From assembly GCA_963816585.1 (NCBI GenBank), contig CAWFOJ010000138.1, forward strand, positions 3,676-67,675: 64,000 bases of DNA, written 5' to 3'. Below are positions 1 through 9,919 of the stretch, one piece after another. The notes below the pieces were generated by a model. It had not been told where the DNA came from and did no database searches. It saw nothing but the letters and a program-made list of their open reading frames with translations. Numbering within the stretch: the stretch's first letter is position 1; the number at the start of each line of letters is the position of its first letter. Position numbers and translations under genes: made by a program. Source of the DNA: an uncultured Holophagaceae bacterium. GTDB lineage: Bacteria; Acidobacteriota; Holophagae; Holophagales; Holophagaceae.

Positions 1-813
1 GCCATCCAGGAAGGGGAGGCGGAACTGCGCCGGCTGCTGGTGCCCAGGGACCCCAAGGACGCCAAGAACGTCATCCTGGAGGTGCGGGCGGGCACCGGGG
101 GCGAGGAGGCGGCCCTGTTCGCCGCGGAGATCTTCCGCATGTACGTGCGCTTCGCCGAGCGCCGGGGCTTCAAGGTGAGCGTGCTGAGCGAGAGCGAGGC
201 CGAGCAGGGGGGCCTCAAGGAAGTGGTGGCCGAGATCGAAGGCGAGGGAGCCTACTCCCTGTTCCGCTTCGAGAGCGGCGTGCACCGGGTCCAGCGGGTG
301 CCCAAGACCGAGACCCAGGGGCGCATCCACACGTCCGCCTGCACCGTGGCGGTGATGCCCGAGGCGGAGGAAGTGGACGTGGTGATCAACGAGAAGGACC
401 TGCGCATCGACACCTTCTGCTCCGGCGGCAAGGGCGGGCAGAGCGTCAACACCACCTATTCGGCGGTGCGGCTCACCCACCTGCCCACCAACACCGTGGT
501 GAGCTGCCAGGACGAGCGCAGCCAGCTCAAGAACATGGCCAAGGCCATGACCGTGCTGCGCACCCGCCTGCTGGAGCGGGCCCAGGCGGAAAAAGACGCC
601 GCCGAGGCGGACCTGCGCAAGACCCAGGTGGGCTCCGGGGACCGCAGCGAGAAGATCCGCACCTACAACTTCCCCCAGGGCCGGGTCACCGACCACCGGG
701 TGAACGTGACCATCCACCAGCTGGATTCGTTCATGCAGGGCATGATCGAGCCCATCCTGGAGCCCCTGCGCGGGGCCCACGAGGCCGAACGGCTGCGGCG
801 GATCGAGGCTTGA
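1..813 (+). CDS. prfA: Peptide chain release factor 1 (5'-truncated by window edge)
   Basis: GGQ motif ([11 protein letters not shown]), RF1-specific PxT tripeptide (VPKTE), [11 protein letters not shown] and [15 protein letters not shown]; frame is open from base 1. Confidence 0.97.
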   Translation, partial: AIQEGEAELRRLLVPRDPKDAKNVILEVRAGTGGEEAALFAAEIFRMYVRFAERRGFKVSVLSESEAEQGGLKEVVAEIEGEGAYSLFRFESGVHRVQRVPKTETQGRIHTSACTVAVMPEAEEVDVVINEKDLRIDTFCSGGKGGQSVNTTYSAVRLTHLPTNTVVSCQDERSQLKNMAKAMTVLRTRLLERAQAEKDAAEADLRKTQVGSGDRSEKIRTYNFPQGRVTDHRVNVTIHQLDSFMQGMIEPILEPLRGAHEAERLRRIEA

Positions 814-940
814 CCCTGCGGTCCGGGAGCCCAGGAAAAGCCGGCAAGGCCATCGCGACCCTCAAGTTCTGCCCATTCCACTGCGCGGCTTTGGGATGAC
901 GCCTTCTGAGGGCAATATGTAGGGAGCCCTGGACTGCCCC

Positions 941-1894
941 ATGCCCGCCACCGCCTCCAAACCCTTCGACTCCCTCCTGCAGGAATGCCGCAAGGTGATC
1001 GTCGGCCAGCCGCACCTGCTCAACCGCCTGCTGGTGGCCCTGCTGGTGCCCGGGCACGTGCTCCTGGAGGGCCTGCCCGGCCTGGCCAAGACCCGCACGG
1101 TCAAGACCCTGGCCGCCGCCAGCCACCTGGCCTTCCGGCGGGTGCAGTTCACTCCGGACCTGCTCCCTTCGGACGTGATGGGCACCCTGGTGTTCGACCC
1201 CCGCGGCCTCACGTTCACCCCCAGGAAGGGGCCGGTGTTCACCAACCTGCTGCTGGCGGACGAGATCAACCGGGCCCCCAGCAAGGTGCAGTCGGCCCTG
1301 CTGGAGGCCATGGAGGAACGCCAGGTGACCCTGGGGGAGGACAGCTTCCCCCTGCCGGACCCGTTCCTGGTGCTGGCCACCCAGAACCCCCTGGAGCAGG
1401 AGGGCACCTTCCCCCTGCCCGAAGCCCAGATGGACCGGTTCCTGTTCAAGCTGAAGGTGGACTACCCCAGCGCCCAGGACGAGGGGGAGGTGCTGCGCCG
1501 GGCCGGTGGGGCGGAGGAGCCGGTGCTCCCGGTGATCGAAGGGCCCGAGATCCTGGAGGCGGGACGGCGGGCCCGGGAGGTGCGCCTGGACGACGCCATC
1601 CGCGCCTACATCGTGCGCCTGGTCCAGGCCACCCGCCCGGGCCCCGGGCGCTCCTGGAAGGGCCGGGAGATGCTGCGCTACGGAGCCTCGCCCCGGGCCT
1701 CCCTGGCCCTGCAGGCGGGGGCCAAGGCCCTGGCCTTCCTGCAGGGCCGGGACCACGTCCTGCCCGACGACGTCACCGCCCTGGCCCCGGACGTGCTGCG
1801 CCACCGCCTGCTGCTCACCTTCGAGAGCGAAGCGGACGGCGCCACCGCCGACGAACTCATCGCCGCCCTGCTGGCGGCCATTCCCAGGCCTTGA
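941..1894 (+). CDS. moxR: MoxR-family AAA+ ATPase
   Basis: HVLLEGLPGLAKT, RVQFTPDLLPSD, LLADEINRAPSKVQSALLEAMEE, ATQNPLEQEGTFPLPEAQMDRF, GASPRA. Confidence 0.95.
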   Translation: MPATASKPFDSLLQECRKVIVGQPHLLNRLLVALLVPGHVLLEGLPGLAKTRTVKTLAAASHLAFRRVQFTPDLLPSDVMGTLVFDPRGLTFTPRKGPVFTNLLLADEINRAPSKVQSALLEAMEERQVTLGEDSFPLPDPFLVLATQNPLEQEGTFPLPEAQMDRFLFKLKVDYPSAQDEGEVLRRAGGAEEPVLPVIEGPEILEAGRRAREVRLDDAIRAYIVRLVQATRPGPGRSWKGREMLRYGASPRASLALQAGAKALAFLQGRDHVLPDDVTALAPDVLRHRLLLTFESEADGATADELIAALLAAIPRP

Positions 1895-1898
1895 ACCC

Positions 1899-2895
1899 AT
1901 GGATCCCAGCACGGTCACCCTCATCCACACCGGCGGCACCCTGGGCATGGCTGCCGGCAGCCAGGGCGCGGCCCTGGCCCCGGGCCCGTCCCTGGACCGG
2001 ATCCTGGAGCAGGTGCCCGAACTGGCCCAGCTGGCGGACCTGCGCCTGACCATGGCGTTCAACCGTGACTCCAGCACCCTGGAGCCCGGACACATCCTGA
2101 CCCTGGCCCGGCTGGCCCGGGAGGCGGCGGCGGACAGCGACGGGGTGGTGCTGGTGCACGGCACCGACACCATGGCCTACACCGCCTCGGTGCTGGGCTT
2201 CCTGCTGGCGGACCTGGGCAAGCCGGTGGTGCTCACCGGCTCCCAGCGGCCCCTGGCCTACGTGCGCAGCGACGCCCGCAGCAACCTGGTGGACGCGGTC
2301 ACCCTGGCCACCCGCGGCGTGCCGGAAGTGGGCATCTGCTTCGGCGACCACTGGCTGCGGGGGGTGGCCGCCGACAAGGTGAGCGTGCACCAGTACCAGG
2401 CTTTCGTGACCCCCAACCTGCCGCCTCTGGCGGAGCTGGGCCTGCACATCCAGATGCACCCCCACGCCGGGGTGTTCCCCCGCCGGGTGCCGGCGGCGGT
2501 GGCCGGGGCCAAGGCCCTGGAACCGGCGCTGGAGGTGTACACGCCCTTCCCGGGCATGCCCTGGCGCCTGCCCGCCGAGGCCACCCGGGGAGTCCTGATC
2601 CAGGGCTTCGGGTCCGGCAACCTGCCCATGGAGCGGCCGGACCTGCGGGCCCTGCTGGGCCACTGCCGGGACCGGAACCTGCCGGTGGTGATCACCACCC
2701 AGTGCTCCTGGGGGGGCGTGGACCTGGACACCTACGAACTGGGCTGCATGGCCCGGGACCTGGGGGCCGTCTCCGGGGGCCTCCACACCCGCTGGGCGGC
2801 CCTGGCCAAGCTGGGCCTGATGCCTGGGGGCCGGCGGCGGCGCGGCGGACGTGCGGGAGGCCTTCGCCGGATCCTGGGCCGGGGAGCCTGTCTAG
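1899..2895 (+). CDS. ansA: L-asparaginase type I (one probable indel near 2823)
   Basis: HTGGTLGM, HGTDTMAY, VVLTGSQRP; shifted frame gives a plausible end (VREAFAGSWAGEPV, TAG at 2893-2895). Confidence 0.85.
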
Positions 2896-2943
2896 TTACT
2901 GGCCCGGGCGTTCCCGATTAAACTGGGTTTTTGCGGAGCCCTC

Positions 2944-4216
<1,273 letters not shown>

Positions 4217-4249
4217 GTTCTCGCCGGCCTTTTTAGCGGGCGCCGGAAC

Positions 4250-4345
4250 GACGAAACGAACAACAACAAAAAAATATCAATTCAATGATAAAAAAAATGA
4301 TTCATAGGATAATTTTAGTCATTTTTTGGTGCAAATTCCAACCAA
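4250..4345. promoter_or_regulatory. AT-rich promoter region of the cys operon with a 9-bp inverted repeat
   Basis: Sharp AT-rich island; AAAAAATGA (4292-4300) / TCATTTTTT (4319-4327) upstream of the cysteine synthase ATG at 4389. Confidence 0.55.
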
Positions 4346-4388
4346 TCCAGCGTTCAATGGGTCTAAACCGCACGTTGGAGATCCAACC

Positions 4389-5363
4389 ATGCGTCAAACG
4401 ACCCCGGCCCTTGAACCCGGGCGGACAGCCGCCTTCCACCCGGCCCTCCTGGACCACATCGGCGCCACGCCCCTCCTGCGTCTGGACCGCCTGGCCGCCC
4501 GGGAGCTTCCCCGGGGCGTGGAACTGCTGGCCAAGGCCGAGCACCTGAACCCCAGCGGCTCCCTGAAGGACCGCCCGGCCAAGGCCATGATCCTGGCGGC
4601 CTTGGCGGACGGGCGCCTGGCCCCCGGGCGGTCCATCCTGGACGCCACCAGCGGCAACGCCGGCATCGCCTACGCCATGATCGGCTCCGCCCTGGGCTAC
4701 CCGGTGACCCTGTGCCTGCCCGCCGACGCCACCCCCGAGCGCAAGAGGATCCTGCGCATCTACGGTGCCCGGGTGGTGGAGACGGATCCGGCCCAGGGCT
4801 CCGACGGAGCCCAGCGCCGGGCCCGGGAACTGTTCCGGGCCGACCCGGACCGCTTCTTCTACGCGGACCAGTACAACAACGACGACAACTGGCTGGCCCA
4901 CTACCGGAGCACCGCGGAGGAGATCTGGGCCCAGACCCGGGGCCGGATCACCCACTTCGTGGCCGGGGTGGGGACCTCCGGGCTGTTCACCGGAACGGTG
5001 CGCCGCCTGAAGGAGCGGCACCCCTCCCTGCAGGCGGTGGCGGTGCAGCCCGACGGCCCCGGGCACCGGCTGGCCGGGCTCAAGCACATGGCCACGGCCA
5101 TGGTCCCGGGCATCTACGACCCGGGGTTGGCGAATGCGCAGGCGGCGGTATCCAGCGTTGCGGGCCTGGCCATGACCCGGCGCCTGGCCCGGGACGAGGG
5201 GCTGCTCGCGGGCCCCAGCACCGGGGCCAACCTGGTGGCCGCCCTCCAGCTGGCCGCGGGCCTGCCGCCGGGATCGGTGGTGGTGACGGTGCTGTTCGAT
5301 TCTGGCGCCCGCTACCTGGGCGAATCGTTCTGGGAGGAGGATTCCTCCCGGGCCGACCCTTGA
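4389..5363 (+). CDS. cysM: PLP-dependent cysteine synthase (CysM-like)
   Basis: IGATPL, KAEHLNPSGSLKDR (PLP lysine), DATSGNAGIA, GVGTSG, EGLLAGPSTGAN; ATG at 4389 follows GGAG. Confidence 0.85.
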   Translation: MRQTTPALEPGRTAAFHPALLDHIGATPLLRLDRLAARELPRGVELLAKAEHLNPSGSLKDRPAKAMILAALADGRLAPGRSILDATSGNAGIAYAMIGSALGYPVTLCLPADATPERKRILRIYGARVVETDPAQGSDGAQRRARELFRADPDRFFYADQYNNDDNWLAHYRSTAEEIWAQTRGRITHFVAGVGTSGLFTGTVRRLKERHPSLQAVAVQPDGPGHRLAGLKHMATAMVPGIYDPGLANAQAAVSSVAGLAMTRRLARDEGLLAGPSTGANLVAALQLAAGLPPGSVVVTVLFDSGARYLGESFWEEDSSRADP

Positions 5364-5380
5364 CTTGCGGAGCCCGCGCC

Positions 5381-6118
5381 ATGCCCGCCGACGCCACCTT
5401 CCCCCCGCAGCCCGGCCCCGCCTGGGTGGAGGCCTGGAACCTGCGCCACCAGGACGCGGACGCCGAGGCCATCCTGGACGCCGCCCTGGAGGCTTTCCAT
5501 CCGCGCCTGGCCTTCGCCTGCAGCCTGGGCCTGGAGGACGTGGCGCTCCTGGACCTCGTCTGGCGGCGCGCGCTCCGGCCGCGGATCTTCTTCCTGGACA
5601 CCGGCCGGCTGCCCCAGGAGACCTACGACACCCTGGCGGCGGTGCGGGACCGCTACGGCCTGCCCATCGAGGCGTACTGCCCCCGCACCGAGGCGGTGCA
5701 GGCCCTGGTGGCGGCCAAGGGGCCCAATTCCTTCTATGGGAGCCTGGAGAACCGCCTGGAGTGCTGCCACCTGCGCAAGGTGGAGCCCCTGGCCCGGGCC
5801 CTGGCGGGGGCGGCGGCCTGGCTCACGGGCATCCGCCGGGAGCAGGGGGAGACCCGGGAGGAAGCCCGGCCCTTCCAATGGGACCCGGCCAACGGCGGGC
5901 TGGTGAAGGTGAACCCCCTGGTCCATTGGCGCCTGGACGACGTGTGGGCCTATGTGCGCCGCCACCAGGTGCCGTACAACCCCCTCCACGACCGGGGCTA
6001 TCCGAGCATCGGCTGCGCCCCCTGCACCCGCGCCGTGCGCCCGGGGGAGGACTCCCGGTCCGGCCGGTGGTGGTGGGAAGCGCCTGGAACCAAAGAATGC
6101 GGCCTGCATCGAAAGTAG
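5381..6118 (+). CDS. cysH: Adenylylsulfate (APS) reductase, thioredoxin-dependent, CysH family
   Basis: FLDTG, ECCHLRKVEPL, YPSIGCAPCT, GRWWWE, ECGLH; CC plus CxxC indicates the 4Fe-4S APS-reductase type. Confidence 0.93.
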   Translation: MPADATFPPQPGPAWVEAWNLRHQDADAEAILDAALEAFHPRLAFACSLGLEDVALLDLVWRRALRPRIFFLDTGRLPQETYDTLAAVRDRYGLPIEAYCPRTEAVQALVAAKGPNSFYGSLENRLECCHLRKVEPLARALAGAAAWLTGIRREQGETREEARPFQWDPANGGLVKVNPLVHWRLDDVWAYVRRHQVPYNPLHDRGYPSIGCAPCTRAVRPGEDSRSGRWWWEAPGTKECGLHRK

Positions 6119-6123
6119 AAGCC

Positions 6124-7035
6124 ATGAACTCTCCGTCCCTCCCCCTCACCCACCTCCACACGCTGGAAGCGGAGGCCATCCACATCCTCCGGGAAGTGGC
6201 CGGCCAATGCCGCAACCCGGTCCTGCTGTTCTCGGGGGGCAAGGATTCCGCCTGCCTGCTGCGCCTGGCCGAGAAGGCCTTCCGCCCCGGTGCCTTTCCC
6301 TTCCCGCTCCTGCACATCGACACGGGGCACAACTTCCCGGAGGTGATCGCGTTCCGGGACCGGCGGGCGCGGGAGCTGGGGGAACGCCTCATCGTGCGCA
6401 CGGTGGGGGAGTCCATCCGCCGGGGGCGGGTGGTGCTGCGGGATCCTGGGCAGTCCCGCAATGCGTTCCAGAGCGTCACCCTCCTGGACGGCATCCGGGA
6501 GTTCGGGTTCGACGCCTGCATCGGCGGCGCCCGGCGGGACGAGGAGAAGGCCCGGGCCAAGGAGCGGGTGTTCTCGCTCCGGGACGGGTCCGGGCAGTGG
6601 GATCCCCAGCGGCAGCGGCCGGAACTCTGGCACCTGTACAACGCCCGGTGCCGGCCCGGCGAGAACATGCGCGTGTTCCCCCTCTCCAACTGGACCGAAC
6701 TGGACGTGTGGCAGTACATCGACCGGGAAGCCCTGGAGCTGCCCAGCATCTACCTTGCCCACATCCGGGCGGTGGTGCGCCGGGGCTCGGCCCTGGTGCC
6801 GGTCACGCCCCTCACGCCGCCCCGGGAGGGTGAACAGCTGGAAAACCTGCGGGTGCGGTTCCGCACGGTGGGGGACATTCCCTGCACGGCTCCGGTGGAA
6901 TCCCAGGCTGCCGGCCTGGCGGACATCATCCTGGAGACCGCCACCGCCGAACTGAGCGAGCGGGGCGCCACCCGCCTGGATGACCAGACCTCGGAAGCAT
7001 CCATGGAATTGCGCAAGCGGGAGGGCTATTTCTGA
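6124..7035 (+). CDS. cysD: Sulfate adenylyltransferase subunit 2
   Basis: LEAEAIHILREV, LFSGGKDS, GGARRDEEKARAKER, RVFPLSNWTELDVW, SMELRKREGYF. Confidence 0.96.
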   Translation: MNSPSLPLTHLHTLEAEAIHILREVAGQCRNPVLLFSGGKDSACLLRLAEKAFRPGAFPFPLLHIDTGHNFPEVIAFRDRRARELGERLIVRTVGESIRRGRVVLRDPGQSRNAFQSVTLLDGIREFGFDACIGGARRDEEKARAKERVFSLRDGSGQWDPQRQRPELWHLYNARCRPGENMRVFPLSNWTELDVWQYIDREALELPSIYLAHIRAVVRRGSALVPVTPLTPPREGEQLENLRVRFRTVGDIPCTAPVESQAAGLADIILETATAELSERGATRLDDQTSEASMELRKREGYF

Positions 7036-8360
7036 TGATCGACGCGTGCGCTTCTCCCGCCGTCTCCGAACCGGGCCTCCTGCGCTTCATCACCTGCGGC
7101 AGCGTGGATGACGGCAAGAGCACCCTCATCGGGAGGCTGCTCTACGACAGCAAGGCCATCCTGGCCGACGCCCTGGATTCCCTGCACCGGGTGTCCAGCC
7201 GGCGCGGCGCCCGGCGCCTGGACCTGAGCCTGTTGACGGACGGACTGCAGGCGGAGCGGGAACAGGGCATCACCATCGACGTGGCCTACCGCTTCTTCGC
7301 CACGGCCAGGCGCAGGTTCATCCTGGGGGACACGCCCGGGCACGAGGCGTTCACCCGCTACATGGTCACCGCCGCCAGCACCGCGGACCTGGCGGTGATC
7401 CTGGTGGACGCCCGCCAGGGCGTGCGAACCCAGACCCGCCGGCACGCGGCCCTGGCCCATCTCCTGGGCCTCGGGCACCTGGTCCTGGCGGTCAACAAGA
7501 TGGACCTGGCGGGCTGGTCCCGGGCGGCCTTCGAAGCCATCCGGGAGGAGGGCCTGGCCCTGGCCCGGGAACTCGGCATTCCCCACCTGGAGTGCATCCC
7601 GTTGTGCGCCCTGGAAGGGGACATGGTGGTCACGCGGGGGCGGCGCCTGCCCTGGCACCAGGGGCCGACCCTCCTGGAGCACCTGGAATCCGTGCCCCTG
7701 GCCCCGGACCAGCCGGAGCGGCCGTTCCGGTTCCCGGTGCAGTGGGTGTGCCGCCCGGACCCGGACCGGGCCCCGGACTTCCGGGGCTACGCCGGGCGGG
7801 TGGAGTCGGGAACGGTGCAGGCGGGCGGCCGGGTGCTGGTGCTGCCGGGGCGCCAGGGCACCCGGGTGCGGGCCATCCATTTGGGGGACCGGCGCCTGGA
7901 GGCGGCCCGGGCCGGCCAGAGCGTCCTGCTGGAACTGGAGGACGCCCTGGCCGTGGGCCGGGGCGACCTGCTGGCGGACCCGGACGACCCGCCGGCCCTG
8001 GGCCGGGACCTGGAAGCGACCGTGTGCTGGTTCGCCCAGGCGCCGGTGCGGGCCGGGGCGCGCCTGCTGCTGCGCGCAGGCACCCGGGAGACCCGGGCCG
8101 GCCTGGTCCGGATCCGCTCCCGGCTGGACCTGGCCACCCTCAAGCCCCAGGCGGCGGACCAGCTGGTCATGAACGACATTGCCGAAGTGTCCCTGCGCCT
8201 GGAGCACCCGGTCCCGGCCGATCCCTATGTCGCCAACCGGCCCACCGGCGCCTTCATCCTGGTGGACGAGGACAGCAACGACACGGTGGCGGGGGGGCTG
8301 GTGAAGGGGTTCACCACAGGGACGGATGGGACGCCTCGACCTTGGGGTGCGCCTGCCTGA
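7035..8360 (+). CDS. cysN: Sulfate adenylyltransferase subunit 1 (GTPase; no CysC domain)
   Basis: LRFITCGSVDDGKSTLIGRLL, AEREQGITIDVAY, DTPGH, VNKMD, TGAFILVD. Confidence 0.95.
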   Translation: MIDACASPAVSEPGLLRFITCGSVDDGKSTLIGRLLYDSKAILADALDSLHRVSSRRGARRLDLSLLTDGLQAEREQGITIDVAYRFFATARRRFILGDTPGHEAFTRYMVTAASTADLAVILVDARQGVRTQTRRHAALAHLLGLGHLVLAVNKMDLAGWSRAAFEAIREEGLALARELGIPHLECIPLCALEGDMVVTRGRRLPWHQGPTLLEHLESVPLAPDQPERPFRFPVQWVCRPDPDRAPDFRGYAGRVESGTVQAGGRVLVLPGRQGTRVRAIHLGDRRLEAARAGQSVLLELEDALAVGRGDLLADPDDPPALGRDLEATVCWFAQAPVRAGARLLLRAGTRETRAGLVRIRSRLDLATLKPQAADQLVMNDIAEVSLRLEHPVPADPYVANRPTGAFILVDEDSNDTVAGGLVKGFTTGTDGTPRPWGAPA

Positions 8361-9718
8361 ACTCGTGCACGTAGGCGGGGTCCTTGAAGGCGGAGAGCTT
8401 GGCCCGCCAGTCCCGTCCCTTCTCGAAGACCTTGGTGTAGAGGGATTTACGGCTCAGCTCGAGGACGATCCGGTGGAAGGCGACCGGATCCGCCGGTTGC
8501 AGCCCGGCGCGCACGTGCAGGGGCCCGGTGAATTCCGGGGGCGCCGGGTGGTCCGCCGTGCCCGGGTTGATCACGTAGGCCCGCCAGGCCACCACCCGGC
8601 TCCACGGCACCATGCCCGGCACCGCCACTTCCTGCTCGTGCTGCCACATCCCGCGCAGTTGGGACGCATCCAGGCCTCCCGCCGCCAAGGCCACGTAGAC
8701 GTCCCCCCGCCGCTCCGGCTTGCCGACCGACGCGGACCTCGAGGCGTAATACCGCGCCACGTTCACGGAGCGGGTCAAGGACACGAAGCCGCCGTGGATG
8801 GTGCCGATCAGGTTCGAGGCCAGGTTGAAGGCCCGGCTCAGATCTCTGACGTAAGTCTGGGATTTGGGTGCGTCCATGATGGCTGCGAACGTGGGCCGGG
8901 CCGGGTTGTGCGGGTCCGGCCGCATGAGCTGGCACCAGAATCCACCGGTCTTGGCCAGCTGGCTGGGCTCGGCCGGGCTGCCGGTGAACAGGTAGGCGGT
9001 GACCCGGCGGGTCTTGGCTGGATCCCAATCATTGCCCTTGGCACTCAACAATTTTTCATAAACTGGCACCATGAGGTCCGCAGACCAGGCGGCCGAATGG
9101 ATCACCGGGCGTTCGATACCATCGATGTATTCGAACTCCTGACCCCTGGACTGGAAGCTGAAGTACCCTTCGGCGTACCCCGCCGAGCCATCCGGCGGCA
9201 CCTCCTCGAAATCCCCGAACCGAGAGGTGTCGGTCTTCAGGGCCTGAAGCTGGTCCTGGTAGGCACGGATGATGGGGCAATAACGGGTCATGGGCATGGC
9301 GGTCCACGAAGTCCTGGGGCAGCGGAGCCAGAGCGTCCTGCGGGGACGGGGGGGTGGCGGGCCCGGAGGGCGGCGTCTGGGACGGGGGGGTGGCGGGCCC
9401 GGAGGGCGGTGTCTGGGACGGGGGGGTGGTGGGCCCGGAAGGCGGTGTCTGGGACGGGGGGGTAACGGGCCCGGAAGGTGGCGTCTGGGGCGGGGGGGTG
9501 GCGGGCCCGGAGGGCGGTGTCTGGGACGGGGGGGTGGTGGGCCCGGAAGGCGGTGTCTGGGACGGGGGGGTAACGGGCCCGGAAGGTGGCGTCTGGTACG
9601 GGGGGGTGGCGGGCCCGGAGGGCTGGGCGCCGGTGGCCTGGGTTACCCCGCCGCCGCCTCCCGGACAGGCCAGGATGAGCCCCAGCAGCAGAGTCAACGG
9701 AAAGCCCGGCAAGCGCAT
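8311..9718 (-). CDS. Lipoprotein with Pro/Thr/Ser repeat stalk and C-terminal ADP-ribosyltransferase (enterotoxin A-like) domain; probable +1 indel near 9302
   Basis: Signal peptide with lipobox LILAC; 12-aa repeats; removing one C joins DFVD to AMPMTRY; C-terminal motifs YLFTG..P...KTGGF, GFVSLTRS, HEQEVAVPGMVPWSRVVAW. Confidence 0.7.
9343..9623. repeat. 36-bp coding tandem repeat, about 7.8 copies
   Basis: Unit GGGACGGGGGGGTGGCGGGCCCGGAGGGCGGCGTCT and variants start at 9343, 9379, 9415, 9451, 9487, 9523, 9559 and 9595; encodes PSGP[A/V/T]TPP[S/P/Y]QTP on the minus strand. Confidence 0.95.
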
Positions 9719-9840
9719 GGTCTGGTCCCAAGATTGTGGATAAAATATGTATTAATTATTTTTTGTCAAGAGAGGAAGGCAAGTTCCGGAACCCCTGGGC
9801 CTAGCCATGGATTCGTTCAGTCCTCACGGTTTTGATTTTT

Positions 9841-9892
9841 TTCGATCACAAACCGATTCGCGCTTGATCGAATCAAGCACGTTTGATTGAAT
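9841..9892. promoter_or_regulatory. Overlapping palindromes / putative operator upstream of the Fic-family gene
   Basis: GCTTGAT-CGA-ATCAAGC palindrome (9862-9878), TTCGATCA/TGATCGAA, and direct TTGATYGAAT at 9864 and 9883 in an AT-rich divergent intergenic region. Confidence 0.5.
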
Positions 9893-9919
9893 GAAAGGCA
9901 CCAACCCGGTCATCCGCCC

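Noticed and set aside
941-1894. MoxR as part of a MoxR-DUF58-vWA operon
   Set aside because: No vWA or DUF58 gene is adjacent; the DUF58 gene is 19 kb away, so linkage cannot be claimed.
9343-9623. 36-bp repeats as a CRISPR array
   Set aside because: Units are contiguous with no unique spacers, are in frame within a lipoprotein, and no cas genes are present.
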